Part shown: positions 49,877-62,690 of the stretch, one piece after another
How the letters are laid out: every line of letters starts with the position of its first letter
Position numbering within the stretch: the first letter of the stretch is position 1
Assembly: GCA_050575255.1 (NCBI GenBank)
Contig: JBNZDD010013718.1
Coordinates: forward strand, 7,432,579-7,496,578
Source: Harriotta raleighana
Taxonomy: Eukaryota
Length of the DNA stretch: 64,000 nt
Direction of reading: 5' to 3'
Position numbers and translations under genes: made by a program
The notes under the pieces: generated by a model
The model's database searches: none
Seen by the model: the letters and a program-made list of their open reading frames with translations, nothing else
Told to the model about the DNA's origin: nothing

Positions 49877-52800
49877 TTACAATAGACAGCATGCCCGGAA
49901 CAACAGCATTCCATTGTCAGAGCTAATATTTAAGCAAAATGTTTCATTGGCGGCAATAAAGAGTATGGATCCTCGCTTCAAGCAGATTTGTGATGAGCTG
50001 CCAACAGATGTGGCTTCTCCATTAATGACCAGTAAGATACTTGCAGAATCAATGCTGGACACTGTATACTGTTTCATTGAACATGGAATCTAGATTCAAA
50101 ACAGAAGAAAAAAAACAATCAGTTATTCTCTGAAAGCAGTCAAGTTTCCACCTCGTGCTAGGAGTTTGCGCTCAAATTCTCTATGAACATCTCCTTCAAC
50201 ATGAAACAATCCACAATAAACAGTGGAGAATTATTGTTCAATTGTAGCACTGTACTTCAGGCATAGTACTTTTGAGTGCATACAGAATACTTCAGTAAAC
50301 CCACTTCATTCTAAAATCCTAAATTTATGATCATAGAGATCTTTGAGATTTCATAGAATACAAGATTACTGAGAACAAAATAAACAATAATTCCAATCGC
50401 AAATATCCATTACAAAACCTTGTTCATCCGTGACCCAATCAACCGGATTGCACGACCCCCTCCCAGGGAAATTCCCCATTCCAGAATTGCGAGTTTGCTC
50501 ACTTTGCATATACGTGCTATGCATGCACACTTATTAAACTTCCGCACTTGGGTTTTTTGACCAATCGGTAAAAAAATGCTGTTTTACTGATTTTTTCCCC
50601 GACTGGAATGCTTTATTGGTAAGTATCCAAACAATATTCTGTTACTATTTAGTCTATTATTAACATGGTATGCTTTAAAATAAGTTAATTTTTTATGTTG
50701 GGTTTTCGGCAAGTTATCCCCCATTTATCTGGCACAGTCAATTAGTTGACCCCCAGAGCGGGCCGGATAAACGGGGTTTTACTGTACTTTCATCCCCAGG
50801 CAAACGACAAATCCTCGTCTAGCAGTTAGGTCATGAAGGCTTGTTTTCACCACTTACCAGTCCACACACAATATGGAACATTAAAAGCTCATAGTAAATG
50901 AAAAGAAATCAAGTCAGCAGGAGCAACCTACCAATAATGTAAATTATTGGAACATTACCTTGATTTTCAGAACTGTGAAGTCAGGCACTGGAGGATCATA
51001 TATAGTGACACAAGAATCATAAGGATCCTGCACCATTGGAAAGATCTTCGAGCATGCAGATGAAGGCGTGTAATTCAGCATTTCAACAAGAGTCTGCACA
51101 TCAATGAATTTTGGAGTAAGGCCAGCTCGCACAGTGTTATCAGAACAAGCCATGCATTCAATGCAATCTGGAATAAATAAACAATCAACCTATTTTGAGC
51201 ATTTAATTATCATAATTACATGCAGTCATTCCCTACCATTGACAGAGCAACACATCTCAAATTTTTACAAGGAATAAATACTTGTTTTTTGGACTAGTGT
51301 GCTTTTCTTTAAATCTTGTGAATCTATATGCAACCTAAATCTAATGAATAAAATTATAGTTAGGTTATGATTGATGTAAATCATACAGTTTTGTTTTATG
51401 CTTATTAGAAAAGCTTATTAAATGTACTGCATATAGATTACACTTGGCTCCTCAGATCAGAATTCTGCTCAAAGATTAATCCCTTAGTAAGTATCACAAT
51501 TAATAGATTTACATTAAACATTTTCTTGTCATGGGGAATTTAGTTTTAATAGAAAATAGTATCAGCAAGAAAATTTAGTTAATTAAAATAAAAGCACAGC
51601 ATAGTAGTTTAATATTATATTGCTATTTGAGTTACAAAGTAAATGAGACAATAAAGGTGCCTTCAAACTTCTGCATTAGTACCAGAGGTGATATTCAATG
51701 CACAAAATGTTTTTGAACAAAAAAATGGATTCAAAATTAATCATTTGCTCTCTGGTCACCGGGCTCCAACTAAAGCTAAGAATGGGAAATTAAGGTATGG
51801 AATAAGTAGTGGTTTGGCATTTTAGACAAGCACAGAGCCTTTCCAACATACACAGAAATTTCAATTAATCTGTGTTTTAAACAATGGATCCAAGTCTGGG
51901 TCCAATCCTCTTTGGGAGTCAATTTGAAAATTAGTTATCATACCTATCTAAATTTGGACATAAATACAACTGAATGAGAATAACAATGCATCGTAGCTTT
52001 GAACTAGAATAACCCTGTTGAGGGTTGTGTACTCTAATGCATTGGTATTTCCTTTCACGCTAATTTAATTCCTTCACAGAGTCGGGATCAGGAATGTCTT
52101 TTTTTTAAACTGATGTTCAAAAGAGAAAGTCTATGAAAGATTGAAACAAATTTGCATTTGCTCATAGTCTTCTTCAAAAAAACAAGCCTCACCTCCAGAA
52201 AGATATGCATGAGGTTCATTAGCACTCAGGAACATGGCCTGCCCAGGCTGTAGTTTCATCAGGTTCAAGAAGTAGATGACAAAACACCCAACATCACCTG
52301 GAAACTGAGAGTGTAATCGCAGCAACAGTTCACCATTACTTTCTGTAGTGTCTTTTCCTGCAGCAGCTATGAGAACATGGTCCATCTGTTAGTCCTTAAC
52401 AGTCAGTTATAATACATACAGAAATAAATAAAAAACAAATGATGCAGTTTTGCATCCAGAGTATGCAATTTGGAGGTAGACATGTAGGTCATTTGGAGGT
52501 AGACCGTAAGTCAATTTGGAGGTAGACCTGTAAACCATTAATCCTGAGTTGTAACACAAGTGAAATACAATAATAATCAGTTCAGTTTTGTCATTAAAAA
52601 TGGAAAGCTAATATCTAGTGAGACTGAAGCTGAGCAACATCATCACTGCTAGGATATTATAATCCGTGGAGCTGTGTCAGCTAAATTCAAGTGGTAGCAT
52701 TCTCCCCATTCGGTCAGAAAGTGTGAGTTTAGATGTGAGCTCAGTGTCAGCTGCTGCTCCAGTGCAGTACTAGACGCTACATTAACATTTTGGTAATCTA

Positions 52801-55800
52801 CACATTGAATTTGAAAATAAAAACACACCTTCTTCTGAGATCCTCTTCACCAACATGTTCAGCTGATCAATGAACATCTTCTTTTCACAGTTCATCAATT
52901 TGATGCAGCACTTCTTCAAAGCATCAAACACCTTGCCTGAGTCACCTATGCTGTTCTCGAGTGCTTCTCCAGCCTCATTACCAATCACTGCATGGAATTC
53001 AGGGATAGCTGCACCAAAGCATGAAAAGAAATTCAGAGAAGCACACAAAAGTTCCCATAATAATAATCATTGCATTTAATATAGCACTCTATCACGTTGT
53101 CAAGATGTTTCAATATACTGTAAAGTGGATTAACTGCGTATTTTGTGGATGAACCACAGCAGTTAATTACGCACTGCAATGTCCCACATCAGCCAGAGAA
53201 TTAGTTACCAATTTTATCTGGGATATTGTTGGCATGGACACCGGGAGATCCTCTCTTCTTTTCAAATAGTGCCATAGGACCTTTAAAGTCCATCTGAACA
53301 GAAGAATGTCTCGGTGTAACGTCTCATCTGAAGGACAGCACCTATGACAGTACAACACCTACATTGGAGGCCTTGTGACGTCCTCCTGACATGAAAGGCG
53401 CTCAATAAGTGTAATTTGGTTTTGTTGTTGTTGTTGAGTGTCTCCTATGATTATGTGATTCGAAGTCCCAAGGTGAGGTTTGAACCCACATCCTTCTGAC
53501 TCACAGTGGTATCACTTTAAACAACTTCCATTTATATAAGCAATTTTCACATTTTAAAAAGTCCCAAAGCACTGGTAGTATGAATTTGAAGAGAATACTG
53601 TTATGTTGGCAAATACAGCAGCAAATGTGTGCCACAAATGTCCTTCAAACAAAGGAGCAAATAACCACGATGAATGAGAATTTTTGGGATGAATTGCCAA
53701 TTTTGATTATGCATAGTTCATACTGTGTTCTCTCCAGTCATCAAGGTCTCCCTGGATATCTTACCAGTTACCTTTTATAAGTTTTTGTCCTCTTACTTTT
53801 TAAAAATACAACAATTTCTTCCACTGGTCTAAAGCCACACAGCCCTTCAAAGGGAGTCAGTGCTATGGCCATTTCTGGCTTATGGTTTTTATCCGGGTAA
53901 CGATCTGGAAACTGAGCATGGAGTTTTGCAGCCAGCTCCTGGAAAGACAAAAAGTTCAATATAAAACAATGTGGAGCAAATCCAAATGATTTTTAGAAAT
54001 ATTTTTATTAAAAAACTGCAATTCTTGAAATCATTCGTGATCATTTAAATGAGACATAACAATGAATGGTTATGGAACGATATCCAATTTCATATATCCA
54101 AATCACAGAACCCAGTTGTATTAGTTATTATCAGCTAACTAGGTAATATTTTAAAGTCTAATTGGCAATTAATTTGTTTTCCAACTTACCTTGTTTGGAT
54201 GAGCTTGAATTGACAACGAGATATTGATGGAAAGCACTTTGAACAAGAAAGGTAGCTGTCCCTGGAAAGTGTCTTTCACCTTCGACCCCAGGGAGTCCGG
54301 ATGAGCTGCAATCCATTGCCCTAGAGTCTTCTGGGTAATTCTGTTGTCAGAGATGGCTGAATCACCTTTAGGATGTGTTCCCATCCATAGCTATAACAAA
54401 CATAATAGAAACAACAATACCTTCCCATCCTATATAATTTGCATATTACCTGATAATTACACAATGCACCAGTTTACCCAGAACTCCACAGGCCAAATAT
54501 TCTCACACACTAGGCTCTGAAAAATCACCAATTTATGTTCCTACCAGAGACCACTAGTGCCATTTCTGATCCAACTCTACAATCTCTCCAGTTATAGTCT
54601 CACATTTACTTCTTTCACTTCGCAAATTGACCTGCTGTACATCCTCAGACCCCTCAACCCTACCATTGGCAGCCACTACTCATTCCCCTTCTCTAGAATG
54701 CTGGATTTGAAAGCCAGTATCCTGCTTAAAATAAACTTTGTATTTTATTTACAATCAAACAGTCAATGTCAACCAATTTGAAGAATTTGATCAAGTATAA
54801 AGTTACCTCAGCATAAGGCTTGTCTTCTTCAATGACGACTAATGGATCACCACTTGCAACAAGTTTGGCCACTTCACTGTCCAAACCAATCTTCCCCCAG
54901 TCATAGTGCTGCACGACACACGATAGTGGGAACACTGTGAAACAAAAAGGTTACAGATTGGCATCGGTCTCCAGATTAGAACAAAACATTTGGATGTGCA
55001 GCGTCCAGATATATGGCGTATTATAGTAGTGTTAAAGACATGCTGGGGTCAAACTTGAATGCTAGACTTAGCTGTAGTCAGACTTTGCTGTAACGCTGCA
55101 TTAAAACTGGAGTTAGTATTCTTCACAACATTCTTGCTGCATCTAAAAAGGTCAAGAATTTGACTCAACACTCTGGCTATCCAGTAGCTTGAAGCTGCAC
55201 AAACCTGAAATACTGACACTATCAATTGCTGAACACCATCTAAACCAGTACAAAGTATAAAATATTTACAGTTTATATCACCTCTATTTGCCATTTGATG
55301 TTGGTGATGACTAACAATGTTATGATGTTAGTGGTAATGAAGAGACAATACAGTGAAGAAAACAAATATAGTTCAGTGAAAGTGAACTAAATCATCATTA
55401 TGTTTAGGATTTACCCTTTTTTAAACTTAAAGCCACAGTAAAGTCATAAAACCAGAATTAAATGACATGTACAGTATTGCTTATTACAACATATCAAATC
55501 AGCAAACTTGGACAAAAATCACACATTCTAACTTTTCACATATTTTCAATTTACCACATTCCATTTTAAGACTAGTGTACAAGTCAAAGTGTAGCATCAC
55601 AGCTGCATACAGATTGAAAACTGTGACTAAACTATGATTTCAATACTGTAATTTGTGTAAACTCGTGATCTGCCTCAACGATTAACGCTCAATCATGCAG
55701 GTAAAGCCCCCTTTCAAATCTACAATAACCTGGGATGCAGGTGTTTAACCTGGGATGCAGGTGTTTAACCCCTTTAAATTCTTTTGACACCCTTTAAATT

Positions 55801-56576
55801 CCACTCCACGTTTCCATCCAGATCACAAGTATCCCTGTGAAGATCGTCAAGCCATTCATTTAATGTGTAAGGGACCATTTAATTTCAGGAAGTTGTGGAC
55901 TGTTAAACAAAAGATGAGGGGAAATTTAAATCGCGCCCCCCCCCCCTCCAGTGTCCCCCTTGACCAAAGCTAGTGTTTTACCCATTATCTAGGATTTTGG
56001 AATGCAATTTTACAGGTTTCTGAAACCAGAATGGACAGTAATGTTCCACACACTGTGGGAGCTCGTCACAAAATTGTACAGCATTTTCCAGCAGTGACGG
56101 CCGCTGTATTGAAGTGCTAAGAGTCAGCTAAATTGTCGTTGGGTCCTACACGGTCGTGTTCGAGAGATTCGTTCGGAAATAATCCTTCGCACAAGAATCC
56201 AGTTGGGGAAAGACTTCATTCAATCCAGAAATAAAGTGCCTTTCACATAAAATAGATGTCTTAACGATCTCCCAGAGAGAGGAGGCAGGACAGCGGAGCA
56301 AGCTCCCACCAGTGACCTTACAGCCCGAAATCGCGGTCTAGCGGCGGCTGCTGCTCCTTCCAAACGACCTGGTCAGGTCAGCAAGCCACCGTTAGAGGTC
56401 ACACATATACTCTCCCCTTCCTCACAGCCCAGCTACACTCTCTTCCTGACGCCCGCACTCTCTAACTATCTTTAAATCTTTCGCTCGGACCCAACACCTA
56501 TTTTTTTCTCTCTCTCCCTCGACGGTACCTTTCGGCTTTAAATTGAAGGCTAGCGCTCACCTCGCACCTCCGCCAT
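49877..56576 (-). CDS. MPI: Mannose-6-phosphate isomerase (type I PMI), 8 exons, 420 aa
   Basis: Exons: 56576-56561 (MAEVR), 54934-54807 (QHYDWGK…PYAE), 54390-54190 (LWMGTHP…LPFLFKVLS…SIQAHP), 53938-53797 ([15 protein letters not shown]), 53008-52829, 52366-52193 (PGDVG…ANEPHAY), 51167-50959 ([17 protein letters not shown]), 50089-49877. Total 1263 nt. The zinc-ligand motifs QAH, PEM and EPH are intact. Confidence 0.97.
50411..50786. mobile_element. Non-autonomous Tc1/mariner (pogo/Tigger-like) element in MPI intron 7
   Basis: Right end ccggataaacggggttttactgTA; its reverse complement matches the degenerate left end TAcaaaaccttgttcatccg; TA dinucleotides at both ends. Confidence 0.55.
53200..53520 (-). 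mobile_element. Deu-domain SINE (AmnSINE/SacSINE-like); other remnants at about 3180-3420 (-), 5760-5960 (-) and 58160-58300 (+)
   Basis: Matches the recalled Deu core (cagatgagacgttacaccgag…gtcctatggcactatttgaaaagaagag…tctcccggtgtcc) and has a tRNA-like head at 53470-53510. Confidence 0.6.
55728..55770. repeat. Perfect 20-bp tandem duplication (aacctgggatgcaggtgttt x2); other short tandems at 52468-52530 (ttggaggtagac x3) and 60583-60635 (taagagatattctc x3)
   Basis: Directly visible. Confidence 0.85.
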
Positions 56577-56700
56577 GACACCGCTCAGGCCGCCGAAACG
56601 TAAGTGTTCTGCGCCTGACGTTTCCACGCACGCAAAACGTGCCGCTCTGCATTCCGGGAGTTCTAGTCTCTTATAAACAACGCCCCTCCGCTTTCTGTAC
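56577..56700 (-). promoter_or_regulatory. MPI promoter and 5'UTR
   Basis: CpG-rich sequence directly upstream of gtcATGG (good Kozak context), with a CRE half-site TGACG and GC-rich motifs. Confidence 0.6.
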
Positions 56701-59083
56701 TGCAGTTCTTCTTATGAAAGTAACGATTCCTTGCATTTATATAGCGCTTTCCACATCTTATCGACGTCTTAAAGCGCTTCACAGAATACAGCAACGTCCC
56801 AAAATAGGTACCAGAGCAGGGGTCGGGAGAGGAAGGAAGAAAGAGGAGGGGGGGGGGTGGAAAAGAGGTAGGGATCAGAACGTGGGGGGGGAGGGGTTCG
56901 TGATAATGAAGGAGAGTAGGAAAATTGACTATATTTGTGGGCGAAACGTGGCAGCCAAATTGCGCACAGCAGTGATCCACAAACAGTCGCGGAAGGGGGG
57001 GGCAGGGGAGAAAGTGGGGAAAGAAGGTAAGGGGAGGGGTCGGGGTAAGGGGAAGGAGAATGGGAAAACCGTCTTCCAAATGTTAATTGGTTTTGTTACA
57101 ATGCTTGGCTCTGTGCTGTGAACTCTTTCACTGCTATGAAACAATTTTACATTGTTGAAGCTTCAACCCACCGTATACTTCTACGGATTGCGTACTGCTG
57201 TCTCACATCCGGAAAATGTTTGGAAGCGACATTTATGTGAATTATTTATATGAACAACCCATTTAAGAACATGGGGTTATGTTTTCAATGAATGACAGTG
57301 AATAATCAGCATAAAACTTTATAATAAAAAATATTTTTTCAAAGTATTCTAAAATTGGTTTGGCTGGCACAAATTTGCTGCCATGATTGTCCACATAATT
57401 GTATATGTTTTGAATTATTTTCAATTTGTGTATAACTTCATCGATTTCTTTTATGTAAAAGGAATAATCTAAATGTTTTTAAATCCTGCCTACAGTATTC
57501 TGAGAACTTGAGGTGCCTTCAGCCACTCTGCCCCAACCTCTGGAATTCCATCCCGCAATCCCTCCGACTCTATATCCTCCTTCAATTCCTGCCTCAAGAC
57601 CGTTCTCTTTGACTGTCTCATCGGTCACCCCACCCTTCCCTCCTTTCCATCCACCCTCCCCAATCCCGACCCCAGCTTGGGTCTGAAACACTGACTGTCG
57701 AGCGCCTTGGGACATCCTCCAGACGTGAAAGGCACTGTACAAATGTAATTTGTTGTTTTATAAATGCAAATTTTTGGTTGTACAATATTTATGAAGCCCA
57801 TCTGACGATCCTAATATGCATAAGGACAGAACTTGCAATTCATGTTTAATGGTAATTGTTTCTGTCAAGTACTAAGTCTTTCTAAATAATGCTTCAAAGT
57901 TTTCTTTGAATGACATCCAATCTCTAATGAGATTGAAAAAGGAATCAATAGAAAACAATCTTCACACTGGAAAAAGTTTGGAGTCTCGTTATAGCATGTT
58001 GGTGCAATACCTTACCCGTGATTCCTTGAAGACCAATTTTACATCACACGGCACTTTTTAAAACCCAGTATGTCAGTATGAGTCAGACATTTACACTTGC
58101 CTGAAAGTCAGCAATTTGTTAGGTCAGATTCCTTTTAGAACAATCTACTGCATTCCTGGGAGAGTGCTGCATTATTAGCACTCCTATCCTTTAGATGAAA
58201 TGTCAAAGTGAGGTCCTGTTTTCCTGTTCTTTGGATGGATGTTAAAGATTTTGTGATTAAAAGTCAAGGGAGTTTCTCTTGGTGTCCTGGACAACCACAC
58301 TCCAGAATAATTAGTCAAACAATTACATTTATATAGCGCTATTCACGCCAGGCTGTGTATGGAACACATCGCTGGCACAAATGGTTGCCATGTTTGTCTG
58401 CAAAAACAGTTGCTTGACTTAATAGAATTTGTCGAGCACTTCGAGATGTTTCAATTTGATTGGAAGTTGCACAACGCAACTATTTCTTGTACACCAGGAA
58501 GCTACACAACTAAACCTGTTGGGCAACTCTTTTTTATATCTTGCCTGACATAAACCTGACAGACAAGATGGATCAGTCTATACCAACATTAACAATAAAG
58601 AGTAATATTTGGGTGTGAACGTCACTTAATTATTATCAGTTGCAGGATTCCCAGCTGGTTTCTCTCCCCACCCACCAAAAAAAAAGTCAGTGGTACTGAT
58701 TATATCAACCTTTACCTAACCTCAACATAATAATACTCAATCGATTCTAAAACTGAATAAGGGCTGATGGGTAATGTTTGCACAAGGGGTGGGGGAGAGC
58801 TGAAATGCTGCCAAATTGTGGGACAAGAACACTCAAAAATAAAACCACCATAACATTCTTCTATGCAATACAACAATCATTATTACTGTACAATTCACAT
58901 TATATTGGACACAAAACAACATCTCAATGATGCGATGAGGCACTGCATCAAATTGCAAGGATTATTATTCAAGATGAACAGCCCCATAGCAAGTGAAGAG
59001 TGGGGGGGTGGGAACAAAGTTAAAGACTTAAAGGATTTCAAAGTGGGGTTGGGAGAGGTGATATAGCTATATGGGAATTTTAT

Positions 59084-59376
59084 GGAATCCTGTAGGTTTG
59101 AGGTGGTTTGAGCACTCGCCTTACAAGCGTGAGACCTGTGTTCAAATCGAGGCAGGTCAAGGCGAAACTTGGGCAACTTTTCTTACTCCGAACGCCTACT
59201 AATAACCCCCCCCACAATAAATTGGACATTTCAATCCACTGCTGTGCCCAATTGGCTGCCGTGTTTCACTCACAAATATACAGTCAATTCGCTTTACAGT
59301 ACATTCTGTGAAGCACTTTGAGACGTCTAGAAGACATGAAAAGCACTATATCAAAAGCAAGGATTATTTATTATTT
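59084..59376 (+). mobile_element. tRNA-derived SINE directly upstream of the SCAMP2 promoter
   Basis: Head, body and tail match the other copies. Confidence 0.85.
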
Positions 59377-59459
59377 AATCACAAATTACCTCCCCCATCC
59401 TCCACACCAAATTATGAGAGAGTTTCTGAACAAATAAAGACTTCTCTACTGTCCCAGAG

Positions 59460-59647
59460 CCCGAGGGGGAAGGAACTGGTCACATGACTGTGGCTCGGGG
59501 CTCCGCCCTGTCGTTTGTGACGTCACAATACGCAACCGTGGGCAACGCAGTTCGGGGCTGGCGGAAGTTTGAGGCACAAGGAAGCGCGAGCGGAGCAGCA
59601 GGAGGGGGTTGGGGGGTTGGCGTCCGGTGTCCACAATTCAACCGAAC
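59460..59647 (+). promoter_or_regulatory. SCAMP2 CpG-rich promoter
   Basis: GTCACATGAC (M-box/CLEAR-like) 59479-59488, GC box CTCCGCCC 59501-59508, full CRE TGACGTCA 59518-59525, ETS CGGAAGT 59562-59568. Confidence 0.75.
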
Positions 59648-59704
59648 ATGTCTGGGTTCGAAGCAAATCCCTTCGCCGACCCGGTGGATATCAATCCTTT
59701 TCAG
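59648..59704 (+). CDS. SCAMP2: SCAMP2 first coding exon (gene continues beyond the window)
   Basis: ATG…CAG|GTAATT encodes MSGFEANPFADPVDINPFQ with two NPF motifs, close to the recalled human SCAMP2 N-terminus MSAFDTNPFADPVDVNPFQ. It is head-to-head with MPI. No exon 2 was found before 64000. Confidence 0.9.
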
Positions 59705-60103
59705 GTAATTGTTTTCCCGAAAGTTGAGACGGTTCCGCTAATCAACAAGTCAATTGGTTAGTGCGGCGGGGTAGGAAGTTGGGCAGCAGTAGCTGAGGAA
59801 ACATTCCTGTGTGAAACCTAACCTGCTGGCTAGTGATGTGACTGGATTGACGTGAACTCTTGGCCAGTCAGAGAGGCAGGCGTCTGAATACTGAGCCAAT
59901 CAGTCGGCCCAGAGAGGCGGGGACTGCCCCTTTCAAGTTCGGTTGCGTTATCATAAGGATTGTGTTTCTTTAGGCGTAACCTGGTTTCAAAAGAGTCCAC
60001 AACATATCTCAACAAATGAAGGATCTTTGGGAAAGAGTTTTAATGGACTCAGTGTGGGATAGCAGTGCTGCCCTCGGCGGGGGGTGGGGGTGGTTTATGA
60101 TTT

Positions 60104-60340
60104 ACAAAAACGCAAAATATTGCAGATGTTCGAAATCTGAAATAAACCCAGAAATGGCTGGGAACACTCAGCAGGTCAGGCAGCATCTATGGAGAAAGTA
60201 AAAGTAAGTCAACCTTTCGGGTCCACAACACTTCGTCAGAACCAGAAGAAGTGTTGTGGACCCGAAACGTTGACTCACCTTTACTTTCTCCACAGATACT
60301 GCCTGACCTGCTGAGAGTTTCTCAGCCATTTCTGGGTTAT
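60104..60340. repeat. Palindromic (fold-back) interspersed element, copy 1
   Basis: Inverted arms of about 90 nt, from aacccagaaatggctg at 60145 to cagccatttctgggtt ending at 60338, with a short loop near 60240. Confidence 0.9.
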
Positions 60341-61494
60341 GATTTGGTTGTCCAGCACTTTGGGACGTCCTCTGGACATGAAAGACACTATACAATTCTG
60401 TTGTTGTTGTTGTCTGAGACGTTGGGATGACCCCCTGACGTGAAAAGCGCTATAGAAGTGTAATTTTGTTGTTTGTGAGCTGAGGTAGCTTGATAAATTA
60501 AAGGTCAGGGAGCATAGTTTTGAGGTGTTGCTCAGATCTTATCCAATCAGTAATTGAACTTGTTTTTTATGATCTTTTCTTGTTAAGAGATATTCTCTCT
60601 TTTTAAGAGATATTCTCTCTTTAAGAGATATTCTCCCCACCCCCATACTACTGGATTGGGCATCCTGTGATTGCCCAAATGAACATCTACGAGTCTTGAC
60701 AGTGAATGTGATCAAACTATTTCATCCTTCGGGAGGGTATCACAGCCAATCTAAGTTCCATCTTCAACCAAAAGTCCCACCCACATATGCAGGTACTAGC
60801 AGGGATTTTCTTTCCCAATCATAAATGCAGAGGTCATTTGTCGGGCCCCTATTTTAGCAAACACCAGATTTGACAATAAGTCATTTGCTATTTCTGCATT
60901 TTTATTATTTCTGTTCCATTTATCATCTGCTTGGGCTTAATTATTGTAGAAATTAAACAAATCTTCTGCATGACTCGTTGAGTAAATCCCATCATGTGCT
61001 GCAATACTGTACCATATTGATCAGGGGCATGGTTTAGTATAAGAAAAACAAATGCTTGAAACGTCTTCAAAGCACCTACCCAACTAAGCTGTACCTTGAA
61101 GCTTAGCAGCTATTTGTACCTGCAATAATGTCTGCACAAAGTAACCCCCAAGTTCATTTCTTCAAAATTAACAAAGTAGCATTTGTGCTTTAAACACTAT
61201 TGCAAACAAAATCCCTGTCACCAGTGTTTTTTGTATTCCAAATTTTACTGTACTTGTTGGTTTGGTGGTGCAGTTTTGAAGTGTTGCTTTGTGTGCAGGG
61301 AAAATATGTGGTATTTATCATAGAGTTGTTAAATTCTTACACTATAGCTTCAGTTCTGAAGAAAAGTGCTCGGTCCATGGGTGTTGAATGTTAGAGAGTT
61401 ATATTGTCTTGATGATCTAGGATGTTTAATGAAGTGTTATCTAAAAATCAGTTGGGACAGAGCTGCAAAGTTGCCTTTCTTCAATTCAAGCATT

Positions 61495-61765
61495 CGGATA
61501 CAAAAATCAGAAATCGCTGGGAACACTCAGCGGGTGAGGCAGCATTTAAAGAGAAAGGAAATGTGAGTCAACTATTCGGGTCCACGACCCTTCAGTCTGA
61601 CAAAGTCTTCTGTCTTGTCAGACCCTTCAGTTCTGATGAACAGTCATGGACCCGAAGCATTGACTTTTCCTTTCTCCATAGCTGCTGCCTGACCTGCTGA
61701 GTGTTCCCAATGATTTCTGATTTTGTTTCAGATTTCCAGCATCTGCAGTATTTTGCATTTTTGTC
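61495..61765. repeat. Palindromic (fold-back) interspersed element, copy 2
   Basis: Arms from aaaatcagaaatcgctgggaacactcagc to gctgagtgttcccaatgatttctgatttt; same family as 60104-60340; extra internal hairpin tctgacaa…ttgtcaga. Confidence 0.9.
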
Positions 61766-62164
61766 AAGCATTCTGATGTTTGGTTCTCTGTATCTGAATT
61801 TACAATTGGCCAAATTGCGGGGTGATGGGCCTACTTTGGTCTGTCAGATAGCAGTTTTAGGAATCTGGTGTAATTGTAAGATGGTCCATAAAAAGTAATT
61901 ATAATGAATAGTAGTGAGGAGGAGTGAAAATTAGAGTTAAAGATACATGAAGGAGAGTGACTAGGTTTGCTTGAAGACCACGTAAGATCTTTCATAATAA
62001 CCAGAAAGTGAGATAGATTTCCTCACTACACTGATGTGCTGTTAAGTGTGATGTAATTTCTCCTTGAACTTTGTTTCCTTATTTTGTTAAACTAATTATT
62101 AAACTTCAGACCTTTTGACAACAGTTATGTTCTGTTTAATGTATATGTTTAATTAATAAATTAA

Positions 62165-62640
62165 ACAACAAAAAAGTTATATTTGTATGGTGTCTTTCAC
62201 GTCAGGAGGACCTCCCAAGGCGTTGGACAGACAGTATTTCGGGCCCAAGTTTGGGATCGGGATTGGAGTGGGTAAAGGGTAGGAGGACAGGAGGTTGATT
62301 GAAAGTGTGAGCGAAGAAGAGGTCCTTGAATGGGATGAGGTGGAGGGCCTGCAGGATGGAGTCATACATTGTGGGGCAGAGTGGCTAAAGGTCTTCCCAC
62401 TGGTGGAATGGGCATGATAGGGTCCCAAGCCTAGTGCAGGAGAGAATACATTCTGGATGATCTACAGCCTGTGGATGGAGCAGTTGGGGAGGCGAACAAC
62501 CAAAGAGTTTGCATAGTCAAGCTTGGACATTCTGAATATATGCACAAGAGTTTCAGCAGACTGAGATGTGAGACAGTTGTGGAGCCGGGCAGAGGTGAGG
62601 GAATGCAGAGCAGCTTATGGCATGGATTGGAGTAGAAAAG
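62165..62640 (-). mobile_element. L2-clade LINE 3' fragment; shorter 3' ends at about 60-310 (+) and 57480-57760 (+)
   Basis: Purine-rich plus strand with tail ctttcacgtcaggaggac-tcccaaggcg; similar to 47285-47745. Confidence 0.7.
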
Positions 62641-62690
62641 ATAGTTTAGGGATGAGCAAAACTCCATTGAAGTGGAAAATATAACATCAT

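Noticed and set aside
52468-52530. Three spaced ttggaggtagac repeats, superficially array-like
   Set aside because: A simple intronic minisatellite in a vertebrate, with related spacers; not CRISPR.
56639-57121. 160-aa Gly/Lys/Arg-rich ORF divergent from MPI
   Set aside because: It runs through SINE/LINE tail fragments and purine tracts, and starts at a non-ATG codon (GTG).
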